Positions 1 through 10,088 of a DNA stretch of 64,000 bases are shown in pieces. The notes under the pieces are model-generated. The model did not search any database. It was given only the letters and a program-made list of their open reading frames with translations, and was not told the origin of the DNA. Source of the stretch: an uncultured Gammaproteobacteria bacterium (lineage in GTDB: Bacteria > Patescibacteriota > Patescibacteriia > UBA1558 > S5-K13); the NCBI GenBank assembly GCA_964640635.1, contig CAZXFD010000004.1:9262-73261 (forward strand), in the 5' to 3' direction. Positions within the stretch are counted from its first letter, which is position 1. Every line of letters starts with the position of its first letter. Both the position numbers and the translations under genes were made by a program.

Positions 1-2
1 TT

Positions 3-1472
3 TCTCAGACAGAACCAAAGGCTATTTTTATCTCTAGTCAAAAGCTATTTGATAATTTTTCTACGATAGATGGCGGAATGATCTCTAAATTTGAAAAAAT
101 TATTATTATAAGTCGCGATATCAAAACAGATATAGAAGTGGATTATATAGATAATATTTTATTTAAAGATAGAAAAAACTCTAACACACCAGACCCTGTT
201 GATAGCGATGGTCTTTCAACAATTATTTATACGTCGGGTACAACGGGAATGCCAAAGGGGGCTATGCTTAGTAATGGTAATATAATCAGCGACATTAAAA
301 ATGTTTTAAAATATGATCCAATCTATAGCACGGATAGATTTTTTTCTATTTTGACATTGTCTCATGTATTGGAGCGCACAGCAGGACAAACAGTGCCTCT
401 TCTTGTGGGGGGGTCAATTTATTACAGTAGAAGTCCAAAAACTTTGATTGATGATATAAAACTTGCAAAGCCAACTATATTTATATGTGTCCCAAGAATT
501 TTTGAAAGAATCTTTGATAAGATTCAAGATAATTTGCGTAAAAGTTCTAAATTCAAAAGTCATTTGTTTTATTATGCCTTGAAAATGGAAAGCAGGTTAA
601 ACTCGCTTAGGAGATCTGGAAAAAAAGCGAGTGGTTTATTTTCTTTCATATGTATTGTTTTAAATAAATTTGTTTTTGGCAAGATAAGAAAGATTTTTGG
701 CGGAAATCTTAGAATGGCTATATCTGGTGGATCAAGCTTGGACAAGAGAATAGCGAGATTCTTTGAAGATGTGGGGATTAAAATAATAGAGGGATATGGC
801 CTTACTGAAACATCGCCAATTATTTCTGTAAACAAGTTAGATAATTATAAATTTGGAACAGTTGGAATAGTGCTAGAAAATTTGGAGATGAAAATACAAG
901 ATGATAAAGAAATTTTGGTAAGAGGAGACTCAGTGATGAGTGGATATTTCAAAGATGATGAGTCAACTGCTCTCGCAATAGATGGTGAAAAATGGTTTCA
1001 TACAGGAGATTTGGGATTTGTTGATAGAGATGGATTTCTAAATATCATTGGGAGAAAGAAAGAGTTGATAGTATTGTCTACTGGAAAGAAAGTTTTACCA
1101 GTAAATATTGAGCAGGCGCTTAATTATGATAAATATATTAATCAATCAATAGTGATTGGAAATAATGAGAAATTTTTGACAGCTTTGATAGTGCCTGATT
1201 TTGAAGAAGTAGAAAGATATTGTAGTGAAAATAATATTAGCGTAGATGATAAAAAAAGCTATTTGAATTTGGATAAAATAGAAAACTTTTATAGAAATAG
1301 AATTAATGAGTGTTTGAAGGGTTTTGCAGATTATGAACAAATAGTCTATTTCTATTTAGTAAATCGTCAATTTGACGAAGATCATGACGAGCTTTCTCCA
1401 ACATTGAAATTGAAAAGAGAAAAAATAAAAGAACATTTTAATAATATAATAAAGGAGTTTTATAAAAGATGA
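3..1472 (+). CDS. AMP-dependent long-chain acyl-CoA synthetase/ligase. It is 5'-partial: the reading frame is open from the window start, so the true start lies upstream.
   Basis: The frame reads SQTEPKAIFISSQKLF.. with no stop before the listed M at 78. It carries the AMP-binding motif YTSGTTGMPKGAML, a downstream GYGLTETS motif and the C-terminal architecture typical of FACL enzymes. Confidence 0.8.
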   Translation, partial: SQTEPKAIFISSQKLFDNFSTIDGGMISKFEKIIIISRDIKTDIEVDYIDNILFKDRKNSNTPDPVDSDGLSTIIYTSGTTGMPKGAMLSNGNIISDIKNVLKYDPIYSTDRFFSILTLSHVLERTAGQTVPLLVGGSIYYSRSPKTLIDDIKLAKPTIFICVPRIFERIFDKIQDNLRKSSKFKSHLFYYALKMESRLNSLRRSGKKASGLFSFICIVLNKFVFGKIRKIFGGNLRMAISGGSSLDKRIARFFEDVGIKIIEGYGLTETSPIISVNKLDNYKFGTVGIVLENLEMKIQDDKEILVRGDSVMSGYFKDDESTALAIDGEKWFHTGDLGFVDRDGFLNIIGRKKELIVLSTGKKVLPVNIEQALNYDKYINQSIVIGNNEKFLTALIVPDFEEVERYCSENNISVDDKKSYLNLDKIENFYRNRINECLKGFADYEQIVYFYLVNRQFDEDHDELSPTLKLKREKIKEHFNNIIKEFYKR

Positions 1473-2059
1473 TTTATTGGATTTTAAAATATACTATAGG
1501 CACATTAATTAAATTTATTTGGATTAAAAGAGTTGATGGAGTTGAAAATATACCAAAGAAGGGCGCGTTTATAATTTGTGCAAATCATTCTAGTTATTTT
1601 GATTTTCTTACCCTGATAGCAGTTTGTCCAAGAAGAATCTATTTTTTAGCGGGAGAGGTGTTTTTTGAAAAATGGCAATGGAAATGGTTGGTTCAATCTA
1701 CAAAACAAATAAAGGTAGATAGAAGATCTAAAGATAAATCTGGATCTATTAATGCGGTAATAAAATATTTAGAACAGGGTTTAGTTGTTGGTATTTTTCC
1801 TGAGGGAACTAGATCTAGGGACGGGGAAATAGGAAAATTTTATGATGGAGCGGCAAGAATAGCTAAAATTGTGGATGTGCCGATTTTACCGGTTGGTATT
1901 ATTGGTTCTTTCGAAATAATGTCTAGATACGATAAATATCCTAAATTTAATAAAAAATGTATTTTAAATTTTGGGCAATTAATTATTACTAATTCCGATT
2001 TAAAGCCCTCAATTAATGAGCTTTTGATTACAAATATAAAATTATTAAACAAAGTATAA
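1469..2059 (+). CDS. plsC: 1-acyl-sn-glycerol-3-phosphate acyltransferase (PlsC family).
   Basis: It has the H(X)4D acyltransferase motif (ANHSSYFD) and the FPEGTRS motif. Its start overlaps the stop of the acyl-CoA ligase gene by 4 nt, which suggests translational coupling in a lipid operon. Confidence 0.75.
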   Translation: MIYWILKYTIGTLIKFIWIKRVDGVENIPKKGAFIICANHSSYFDFLTLIAVCPRRIYFLAGEVFFEKWQWKWLVQSTKQIKVDRRSKDKSGSINAVIKYLEQGLVVGIFPEGTRSRDGEIGKFYDGAARIAKIVDVPILPVGIIGSFEIMSRYDKYPKFNKKCILNFGQLIITNSDLKPSINELLITNIKLLNKV

Positions 2060-2071
2060 TATAGAACCCCA

Positions 2072-2728
2072 ATGAATTATTTAGTTTTTTTGGATTTAGA
2101 TGATACTTTAATTAGAGGTCAATCCCAGATATTATTGATGAATTATTTATTTCAAAAAAAGAAAGTTAGTGTTTATTTTTATTTAGTCGTTTTGAGTTGG
2201 TTTTTTCTTTATAAAATGAGAATTGTTAGAGATGTTCAAAAAATTAGCAATATATTTTTTAATATTTGTAATGGTTGGAATGTAGAATATATGAATGGAA
2301 TATTGCAAGATTTTTTTGAAACATGTTTACGAAGCAGGATACGAGAAGATTTTTTAGAAATAATAAAATTTCATAAATCATCTGGAGGTAAAATTATACT
2401 ATTAACAGCATCTATTGATCCATTAGCTAAAATTATAAAAAACTATTTAAAATTAGATTTCTGTATTGCTACTCAATTAGATTGTAAAGATAATATTTAC
2501 TCTGGTAAACTAAGAGACAAAATAATTTATGGAATTCAAAAAAGAATAAGTATATTGAGTTATGTAAATAATAACAAATCTCTTTTAAAGGGTAGTTTTG
2601 CATATACCGACCATATTTCTGATTTTATTTTTCTTAATTTAATAGATAATGTATTTATAGTTAATCCAAAAAAGTATTTTAAAAAAATCATTAAATATAA
2701 CAATTGGAATAAAATTTTTATGAATTAA
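2072..2728 (+). CDS. HAD-superfamily hydrolase (HAD-IB, phosphoserine-phosphatase-like).
   Basis: The N-terminal DxDxT motif is present (LVFLDLDDTLI), and the size fits this family. Confidence 0.6.
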   Translation: MNYLVFLDLDDTLIRGQSQILLMNYLFQKKKVSVYFYLVVLSWFFLYKMRIVRDVQKISNIFFNICNGWNVEYMNGILQDFFETCLRSRIREDFLEIIKFHKSSGGKIILLTASIDPLAKIIKNYLKLDFCIATQLDCKDNIYSGKLRDKIIYGIQKRISILSYVNNNKSLLKGSFAYTDHISDFIFLNLIDNVFIVNPKKYFKKIIKYNNWNKIFMN

Positions 2729-2732
2729 AACT

Positions 2733-5489
2733 ATGTCTTTTTTTGGTCTTTCATCATTGTTAACCTCCATACTGTCTATTCTGATAGGATTTTTTGTGAT
2801 ATTAAGAAATAAAAAATCATTATTAAATGTAGCATGGTTTCTTGTTAGTATTACAACGGCTTTATGGTCTTTTGGGTTATTTGGGGTTGTTACTTTTCAA
2901 AATATTAAGATAGCTTTATTTTTTCAATATATTTTAGATTCTAGTGCGATATTTATTCCAATTTTCTTTTTTTTGTTCGTTTTGATTTTATTGGATATTT
3001 TTAGAGGCAAAAATAAAACAATATTTAATAGTTTTTTATTTTTTGGAATTATTTTATTAATATTAAGTTTTACAGATTTATTTAAAGGTGGCGTTTCTCC
3101 TAAATTTGGTTTTAAGCACTGGATTGATCCTGGTCCAATCTATATAATTTTTCCAATCTTTTTCGGCGTATTGGTTTCAATGTCTGTTTTGAATATTTTA
3201 AAAAGATATAAACAATTAAATGGTGCAAAAAAACAACAAGCTCTATATGTTTTATTAACTGCTATAATAGGTTTTGGGGGGGGTGTTACAAATTTCTTTC
3301 CTCAATTACTCAATACGTATCCATTCGGTTCTTTTTTTACAATGTTTTATATTCTTGGTATTGGTTATGCCATAGCTCGTTATCGTCTTATGGATATTCG
3401 TCTTGTTATTTCAAAAAGTATATTGTATTTTGCTTTGATTGGATTAGTTACCCTAGCTTTTACATCAATAACATTTATCACAGGCCAAGTGTTTACGGGG
3501 GAGGGGGTTTCAAATACTTTAGTCACTTTGTTTATTTCTTTGATTATAGTTTTTGGATTTGATCCCCTTAAACGTCTTCTTGCACGACTTACCGATAAAG
3601 TTTTTTATAAAGACAAGATAGACTATCAAGAAGTCCTTAGGACTCTTGGGCTTATTATTGCTAGAGAAATTGAATTAAAGAAATTGTTTTTGGATATGTC
3701 CGAGTCTCTGGAGAAATTTCTAAAATGCAAAAGCGTCAATTTTTTATACAAAAATAAGACAACAGGAATATTTCGTGCTATTGTAGATGAAAAAATTGCA
3801 ATCGCTTCAAACGATGAAATTATTAATTATATATTTACAAATAGAGAAATAATAATTACGGAAGAGCTGGATAGAAAAAGCAAGGAATTGAGTGATGAAG
3901 AAAAAACAAAAATTGCAAAAATAGTCGAAAGATTAGATAAGATGAAAATAGGCCTTATCGCTCCTATTATCTCTGGCAATGAAATAACGGCAATACTAAC
4001 TATCGATAAAAAATTATCAGGAGATACTTTTTCAGGAGAAGATATAAATCTTATTTCAGTTCTTATTCCTCAGATAGCAACAGCCCTTGAGAAATCACGT
4101 CTTTATAATGAAATTCAAACATTTAATATAAATTTACAAGCAAAAATAGAACAGGCTACAAAAGAATTAAAGCAGGTAAATATTGATTTAGAAATAAGAA
4201 ATAAATATCTTACATCACTGCAAAAAATTAGTAGCACTATAACGCGAAGTTTGAATTTTGAAGAAGTGGTATCTTTTATTGCTACAAGTATAAAAAAAGA
4301 AATGGGTTTTTGTGCTGGAGTTGTAAATTTCGTAGATGATAAGTCGAGGGTAATGTATATAGGCGCAATGACGCAAGATGACGGAATAGATAAAATTATT
4401 TCTTCTTTACCAAAAAAACCACGTGAATATAGAGTCTCATATGACGATAGCGATAATATTGCCATACGTGCAATGCAAACTTCAAATTTAGAAAAAAGTA
4501 ATTTTGTATATGATGTTTTTAAACCAGCCATAACAAAAACTCAGGCAGATCAGTTGCAAAATGCACTCAAAATAAAATCAGTCGTTGTCGTGCCAATGTA
4601 TAGTGAGAATAAAATAATTGGGTCTATTGATTTCTTTTTGTGTGTAGAGAGTGAGAAAATTAAACAAGCAGATATGGAAGTCATGAAGGCTCTCACGGAT
4701 CAAACTGGATTAGTAATAAAAAATCTTCATCTGTATTCAGAAATTTCTTCCAAAAATATAGAACTAGAAAGTGCAAATGAGAATTTAAAACAATTGGATC
4801 AAGCAAAATCAGAATTTTTATCCATTGCCTCACATCAACTTAGAACACCACTTACAGGAATAAAGGGATATTTATCAATGCTTGTAGAGGGAGATTATGG
4901 AAAAATACCAAAGAAAATAGAAGATATTATAAAACAAGTTTTTGAAGCAAGTAATAGAATGGCAAGACTTGTTGATGTATTTTTGAACGTTTCAAGGATA
5001 GAGGCGGGGAAATTAAAACTAGAATTAAATGGGTTTGATCTTGGCGAACTTGTTTTGAGGTCTGTCAAAGATTTGGAAATTACTGCAAATGAACGAGGAC
5101 TTAAGCTTTCTTTTGAAAAAATGGATAACGTTTATATTGTAAAAGCAGATTCCGATAAAATAAAAGATGTTTTACTAAACCTAATAGATAATGCAATAAA
5201 ATATACAAAAAAAGGTAGTATTAATGTAAAGCTATCCAAAAAAGATTCGCAGGCACTTGTTGAAGTAAGTGATACAGGAGTTGGCCTCGCAGAGGAAGAT
5301 ATTGATAAATTATTTAATAAATTTTCAAGAGGAGAGGATAGCTCAAAAATAAATACCGGTGGATCTGGACTTGGCCTTTATGTAGCAAAAAAAGTTATTG
5401 ATGCACACGGTGGAAAAATTTGGGTTGAAAGTCTTGGAAAAGAAAAGGGTAGTAAATTTAGCTTTACCTTACCACTTAGTGATGTTTAA
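2733..5489 (+). CDS. Sensor histidine kinase with a multipass membrane sensor region (about 7 TM helices), GAF-like linker domains, HisKA and HATPase_c.
   Basis: The N-terminal roughly 260 aa are highly hydrophobic. The H-box is SHQLRTPLT, the N-box is DNAIKYT, and the G-boxes are DTGVGL and GGSGLGL. Confidence 0.85.
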   Translation: MSFFGLSSLLTSILSILIGFFVILRNKKSLLNVAWFLVSITTALWSFGLFGVVTFQNIKIALFFQYILDSSAIFIPIFFFLFVLILLDIFRGKNKTIFNSFLFFGIILLILSFTDLFKGGVSPKFGFKHWIDPGPIYIIFPIFFGVLVSMSVLNILKRYKQLNGAKKQQALYVLLTAIIGFGGGVTNFFPQLLNTYPFGSFFTMFYILGIGYAIARYRLMDIRLVISKSILYFALIGLVTLAFTSITFITGQVFTGEGVSNTLVTLFISLIIVFGFDPLKRLLARLTDKVFYKDKIDYQEVLRTLGLIIAREIELKKLFLDMSESLEKFLKCKSVNFLYKNKTTGIFRAIVDEKIAIASNDEIINYIFTNREIIITEELDRKSKELSDEEKTKIAKIVERLDKMKIGLIAPIISGNEITAILTIDKKLSGDTFSGEDINLISVLIPQIATALEKSRLYNEIQTFNINLQAKIEQATKELKQVNIDLEIRNKYLTSLQKISSTITRSLNFEEVVSFIATSIKKEMGFCAGVVNFVDDKSRVMYIGAMTQDDGIDKIISSLPKKPREYRVSYDDSDNIAIRAMQTSNLEKSNFVYDVFKPAITKTQADQLQNALKIKSVVVVPMYSENKIIGSIDFFLCVESEKIKQADMEVMKALTDQTGLVIKNLHLYSEISSKNIELESANENLKQLDQAKSEFLSIASHQLRTPLTGIKGYLSMLVEGDYGKIPKKIEDIIKQVFEASNRMARLVDVFLNVSRIEAGKLKLELNGFDLGELVLRSVKDLEITANERGLKLSFEKMDNVYIVKADSDKIKDVLLNLIDNAIKYTKKGSINVKLSKKDSQALVEVSDTGVGLAEEDIDKLFNKFSRGEDSSKINTGGSGLGLYVAKKVIDAHGGKIWVESLGKEKGSKFSFTLPLSDV

Positions 5490-5494
5490 TTAAA

Positions 5495-5947
5495 ATGTAT
5501 ATAATATATAGACAAAAACAACTTAGCAGTTATAAAATATTAATTTCTTATTTGATACTTGTTTTAGCATCTATTTTGGTTTTATTTTATTATGATATAT
5601 CAAATTTATTAAAAATATTTGTCGTAATCATACTATTGTTGAATTGTTCGATGATATTTTTCTTTTCAAGAATAGAATTTAGAATAACAAGCGATGGTCT
5701 TGAGTTGGGTTTTAGATTTTTTAAGATAAAAATAAAACAAAGCGAAGTTCAATCCGTCTCCATAGAGGATTCACAAGATCTATACAAAGGCCTTGGTATT
5801 AAAAGAAATAAAGATGGAGTTTTGTGTTTTGTGGGAAAAGCAAGTGAGGGAATTTTGATAAATACGAAATTTAAGGAAAGTTTTTTTGTATCATTAAATA
5901 ATTCCAAGGAGGCATTAGAAAATTTAATAAAAAATCATTATGTATAA
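5495..5947 (+). CDS. Hypothetical small membrane protein (2 TM helices plus a possible bacterial PH-like domain).
   Basis: There are two N-terminal hydrophobic helices. No catalytic motif was recognised. Confidence 0.35.
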   Translation: MYIIYRQKQLSSYKILISYLILVLASILVLFYYDISNLLKIFVVIILLLNCSMIFFFSRIEFRITSDGLELGFRFFKIKIKQSEVQSVSIEDSQDLYKGLGIKRNKDGVLCFVGKASEGILINTKFKESFFVSLNNSKEALENLIKNHYV

Positions 5948-7115
5948 AATCATAGAAAATATTGGAGATATAAAAAACAAGAAAATTCTTTTGAAATTGG
6001 ATTTGAATTTATCAATAGACAAGAATGGAAAGATAGATCAAGATTCGACACTGAGAATAGAGTCTGTTATAAAAACTATAAAATTTTTATTAGCCAAAGG
6101 CGGGAAGATTGTCATAATATCTTATTTGGGTAGACCTAGTGGATTTGATAAAAAATATAAAATGGATGAGGTTGCAAAAATTCTCTCAGGATATGTTGGT
6201 AAAAAAATTAAAAAACTAAATAGTGCATTACCCAAGGATATAGAAAAAGATCTAGCACAAATGAAATCAAAAGATATTATAATGCTTGAAAACATAAGAT
6301 TTTATAGCGAAGAAGAAAAAAATGATATTGTATTTGCAAAAAATCTTGCAAAACTATTTGATGTTTATGTAAATGATTCTTTTTCAAATGCGCATCGTGC
6401 TCATATGTCATGTTCTGCTATAATGCAGTTTTTGCCTAGTTATGCAGGTTTTAGACTAGAAGAAGAGGTGTCTAGCTTGACTAGTGCAATGAAAAAGGGA
6501 AATGGTAAATTGCTTATATTGGGCGGTGCAAAAGTTGATACAAAGTTAGAATTGATAAAAAAATTAAGAAATTCTTATGATTATATATTACTAGGAGGAG
6601 TTCTAGCTAATACATTTTTAGCATCAAGAAAAATTAATATAGGAAAATCTATTTATGATGATAAGTTTTTAAAGCTTGCCAAAAAAATTGATTCAAAAAA
6701 GATTATTCTTCCAGTCGATGTTATAACTGCAAAAAAAATTGATTCTAGTAAAACACAGATTAAGGATATTGCAGACGTAGATAGTGATGATATGATTTTG
6801 GATATTGGACCAAAGAGTGTAGAGTTTTTTGGAAAATATATAAAAAAATCAAAAATGATTTTGTGGAATGGCCCTATGGGATATTTTGAAAATAAAAAGT
6901 TTCAAAAGGGAACGATAGATTTATTGTTGTCTATGAAGAGATATAAGAGTATTGTTTATACGGGTGGTGGAGAAACGGTTACTATGATAAAAAAATTAAA
7001 ATTAGAAAAAGTATTTAAGTTTATTTCAACTGGTGGTGGAGCGATGTTGGAGTTTTTATCAGGATTAAAAATGCCGGCTATAGAAGCGTTGAAGAAAAAT
7101 AAAAATAATAATTAA
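5940..7115 (+). CDS. pgk: Phosphoglycerate kinase.
   Basis: The N-terminal KILLKLDLN...GGKIVIISYLGRP matches PGK, as does the C-terminal STGGGAMLEFL motif. Length is 391 aa. Confidence 0.85.
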   Translation: MYKIIENIGDIKNKKILLKLDLNLSIDKNGKIDQDSTLRIESVIKTIKFLLAKGGKIVIISYLGRPSGFDKKYKMDEVAKILSGYVGKKIKKLNSALPKDIEKDLAQMKSKDIIMLENIRFYSEEEKNDIVFAKNLAKLFDVYVNDSFSNAHRAHMSCSAIMQFLPSYAGFRLEEEVSSLTSAMKKGNGKLLILGGAKVDTKLELIKKLRNSYDYILLGGVLANTFLASRKINIGKSIYDDKFLKLAKKIDSKKIILPVDVITAKKIDSSKTQIKDIADVDSDDMILDIGPKSVEFFGKYIKKSKMILWNGPMGYFENKKFQKGTIDLLLSMKRYKSIVYTGGGETVTMIKKLKLEKVFKFISTGGGAMLEFLSGLKMPAIEALKKNKNNN

Positions 7116-7124
7116 AATAATAAT

Positions 7125-8384
7125 ATGAAAATAGATAAAATCATTGCAAGGGAAATATTAGATTCTCGTGGGAATCCCACTATTAGCACGACTATATTTT
7201 TGGATAATGGAAAATATTATTTTGCATCAGTTCCCTCAGGTGCATCAACCGGATCATCGGAAGCATATGAACTTAGAGATAGGGATATGAATAGATATGG
7301 TGGAATGGGTGTTTTAAAAGCTGTAAATAGTGTTAATAAAGATATTAATAATCTTTTAATAGGGAAAGATATAGAAAATATTATTGAGTTAGATAAGCAA
7401 ATGATAGAGCTTGACGGTAGTGAGAATAAAATGAATCTAGGAGCAAATGCAATATTATCAGTATCTCTTGCTTTAAATAGGGCATGTGCAGATTATATGA
7501 ATATGCCACTTTATAAATTTATAAATGAGTATTATAAATTTATAAAAAAACCACAATTACCAACTCCACTTGTTAATGTTATAAATGGTGGTAAACATGC
7601 TGATAGTAATTTAGATTTTCAAGAATTTTGGATAGTTCCAGATAAAGTAAGTCAGAGTTTCAAAGAAAAACTGCGAGCATGCTCAGAAGTATTCCATGCC
7701 CTTGGAGAAATTTTGTCTTCCAATGATCTTGATACAGATGTTGGTAATGAAGGTGGCTATTCTCCAGATTTTGAGAAAACAGAAAATGCTTGGGATTTCA
7801 TACAAGAAGCAATAAAAAAATCAGACTATGAAAATAAATTTTATCTTGGACTTGATGCAGGTTCTTCAACTTTTTTTAATAATAATTCTGGTAAATATTT
7901 TATAAAACTTGAAAATTTAGAACTCACAAAAGTAGAATTGTTGAATTATTATATGGATTGGATAAAAAAATATCCTATAAAATATTTTGAAGATCCATTT
8001 GCAGAAGAAGATTGGAATTCATGGAAAGATTTTTACAATATTTTAAGTAAAATTCAAGGAGACGCTGTTTTGATTGGAGATGATTTGTTTACAACTAATG
8101 TAAATAGATTACAGCGTGGAGTAGAACTTCAATGTGCAAATGCGATACTTATAAAACCAAATCAAATAGGAACGATTAGTGAAACAACAAATTGTATAAA
8201 ATTAGCTCAAGAAAATAATTTTAAAGTGGCCGTTTCTCATAGAAGTGGAGAAACCTGCGATGATTTTATTGCGGATTTATCAGTTGCTGTATCTAGCGAT
8301 TATATAAAAACAGGATCAATATCAAGAGGAGAAAGAATCTCTAAGTACAATAGATTATTGGCGATAGAAGAAGAGTTACTTTAA
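7125..8384 (+). CDS. eno: Enolase (phosphopyruvate hydratase).
   Basis: The N-terminal IIAREILDSRGNPTI is the classic enolase signature. Length is 419 aa. Confidence 0.9.
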   Translation: MKIDKIIAREILDSRGNPTISTTIFLDNGKYYFASVPSGASTGSSEAYELRDRDMNRYGGMGVLKAVNSVNKDINNLLIGKDIENIIELDKQMIELDGSENKMNLGANAILSVSLALNRACADYMNMPLYKFINEYYKFIKKPQLPTPLVNVINGGKHADSNLDFQEFWIVPDKVSQSFKEKLRACSEVFHALGEILSSNDLDTDVGNEGGYSPDFEKTENAWDFIQEAIKKSDYENKFYLGLDAGSSTFFNNNSGKYFIKLENLELTKVELLNYYMDWIKKYPIKYFEDPFAEEDWNSWKDFYNILSKIQGDAVLIGDDLFTTNVNRLQRGVELQCANAILIKPNQIGTISETTNCIKLAQENNFKVAVSHRSGETCDDFIADLSVAVSSDYIKTGSISRGERISKYNRLLAIEEELL

Positions 8385-8486
8385 TTTCAAAGGACAAATT
8401 TCTAATGTCAAAATGAAGAATTATTATAATTTCTCAATCAAGAGCCGATCCGTCTCTGACGGAAAAGGACAAATGTCAAATTTTAA

Positions 8487-10088
8487 ATGATGAATACAAA
8501 TTTCAAAATAATGGATAAAAAATTTATGGTAAAGAATAAAACAAAAAAGTGTATATTACTTATTTTAGATGGCTGGGGTATTGCAAAGCCGTCACGTGGC
8601 AATGCCATTACTCTTGCAAAGACACCTACGTATAATATGATAATCAAAAAATATCAAAACTCTAAATTGATTGCGCACGGGATAAAGGTTGGTCTTCCAA
8701 AAAATCAAACAGGAAATTCTGAAGCAGGACATATGAATATTGGTGCAGGAAGAATTGTTTTACAAGACGATATTTACATAACAGAAGCAATCAATAACAA
8801 AACCTTTTTTAAGAATCCAGCCTTCTTAGAAGCAATAAATAATGTGCATAAGCATAAATCAAATATTCATTTGATAGGACTTTTAAGTGGAGATCAAAGT
8901 GCTCACGTAGATCCAGTTCATTTACAGGCTCTTTTAGAGCTCTTGAGACGACAAAAGATAAAAGATATATATTTGCATTTATTTACAGATGGGCGTGATT
9001 CATCGCCACGTGTAGGAATGAGGTATTTGAAAGAATTGAAAAGTAGTTTTAAAAATGGAGAAAAAATAGCTACAATCACTGGAAGATTTTATGCTATGGA
9101 TAGAAATAAAAATTGGGAAAAAACAGAGTTAGCTTATAATGCAATGGTTCATGGAGAAGGAAAAAAAGTTGATTCAGCAGAGGAGGCAATCATTCAAGCA
9201 TATAATAGAGGAGAGAGTGATGAATTTATTTTGCCAACAGTTATTATGTCAAATGGTAGGCCAATTGTAAAAATAAAAAATAATGATTCTATAATATTTT
9301 TTAATCTTAGATCAGATAGAGCAAGACAGCTTACAAAACTTTTTGTTCAAAACAATGTTTGTGATATGAATAATAGATGCAAAATTAATGCTTTGAAATT
9401 TAAAAATTTGAAATTTGTTTCAATGACAGACTTTGGTCCAGATCTTGATAAAATTTTAACTGCATTTCCATCAAGAGACATAGAAAGCACACTCCCTATG
9501 CAACTTAATGATTTGAGACAACTATATTTATCAGAGAGTGAAAAATATGCTCATGTTACATATTTTTTTAATGGTGGTTATAAGGATCCGGTTGATGGAG
9601 AGGTAAGAGAAATGATTCCGTCTCCACTTGTCGATTCTTACGCAGAAGCACCTCAGATGAGCGCAGAACATGTTTGTGATAGACTACTTGAATGTTTAAA
9701 TAAAGATTTATTTGATTTTTATGTTGTTAATTTTGCAAATCCAGACATGGTGGGTCATACTGGAGATTTGAATGCCGGAATAAAATCTGTGGAGGCGGTA
9801 GATAAATGTCTTTCTAGAATATATGATGTTTTTGAAAAAAAAGAGGATATTTGTATTCTTATAACGGCTGATCATGGTAATGTAGAAGAAATGATAAACT
9901 TAAAGACAGGAGAGGTTGACACAAAGCATTCTTGTAACAAAGTTCCCTTTATTATTATTGATAAAAAATTAAAAAATATAAAATTAAAAGATGGTATTTT
10001 GGCAGATGTTGCACCCACAATTTTGGATATTTTAAATATCAAAAAACCAGCTATTATGACTGGCAAATCTTTAATTTATGGAAAATAA
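8487..10088 (+). CDS. gpmI: 2,3-bisphosphoglycerate-independent phosphoglycerate mutase (iPGM). The true start is probably the internal ATG at about 8526 (MVKNK..).
   Basis: CILLILDGWGI, NSEAGHMNIGAGRIV (the catalytic Ser region) and the alkaline-phosphatase-like C-terminal half are present. The first 13 codons (MMNTNFKIMDKKF) look like a spurious extension. Confidence 0.85.
   Translation: MMNTNFKIMDKKFMVKNKTKKCILLILDGWGIAKPSRGNAITLAKTPTYNMIIKKYQNSKLIAHGIKVGLPKNQTGNSEAGHMNIGAGRIVLQDDIYITEAINNKTFFKNPAFLEAINNVHKHKSNIHLIGLLSGDQSAHVDPVHLQALLELLRRQKIKDIYLHLFTDGRDSSPRVGMRYLKELKSSFKNGEKIATITGRFYAMDRNKNWEKTELAYNAMVHGEGKKVDSAEEAIIQAYNRGESDEFILPTVIMSNGRPIVKIKNNDSIIFFNLRSDRARQLTKLFVQNNVCDMNNRCKINALKFKNLKFVSMTDFGPDLDKILTAFPSRDIESTLPMQLNDLRQLYLSESEKYAHVTYFFNGGYKDPVDGEVREMIPSPLVDSYAEAPQMSAEHVCDRLLECLNKDLFDFYVVNFANPDMVGHTGDLNAGIKSVEAVDKCLSRIYDVFEKKEDICILITADHGNVEEMINLKTGEVDTKHSCNKVPFIIIDKKLKNIKLKDGILADVAPTILDILNIKKPAIMTGKSLIYGK

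Noticed and set aside
572-835. Minus-strand ORFs nested antisense inside well-supported genes (for example 572-835, 1146-1340, 1840-2052, 4115-4531, 9872-10066, 13912-14106, 14501-14755, 15723-15941, 18294-18530, 19611-19865, 23111-23473, 26953-27523, 28723-28998, 29576-29896, 37079-37285, 38705-39085, 39587-40293, 48799-49341, 58043-59512, 60717-61443).
   Set aside because: They lie entirely within, and antisense to, genes with strong motif support. Their amino-acid composition is low-complexity (F/L/S/I-rich), typical of AT-rich antisense frames. None has an SD or terminator.
8487-8525. Annotated N-terminus MMNTNFKIMDKKF of gpmI as a genuine extension.
   Set aside because: iPGM proteins begin immediately before the LLILDGWG motif. 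The internal ATG at 8526 gives a canonical N-terminus, and the upstream segment overlaps a repeated intergenic motif.
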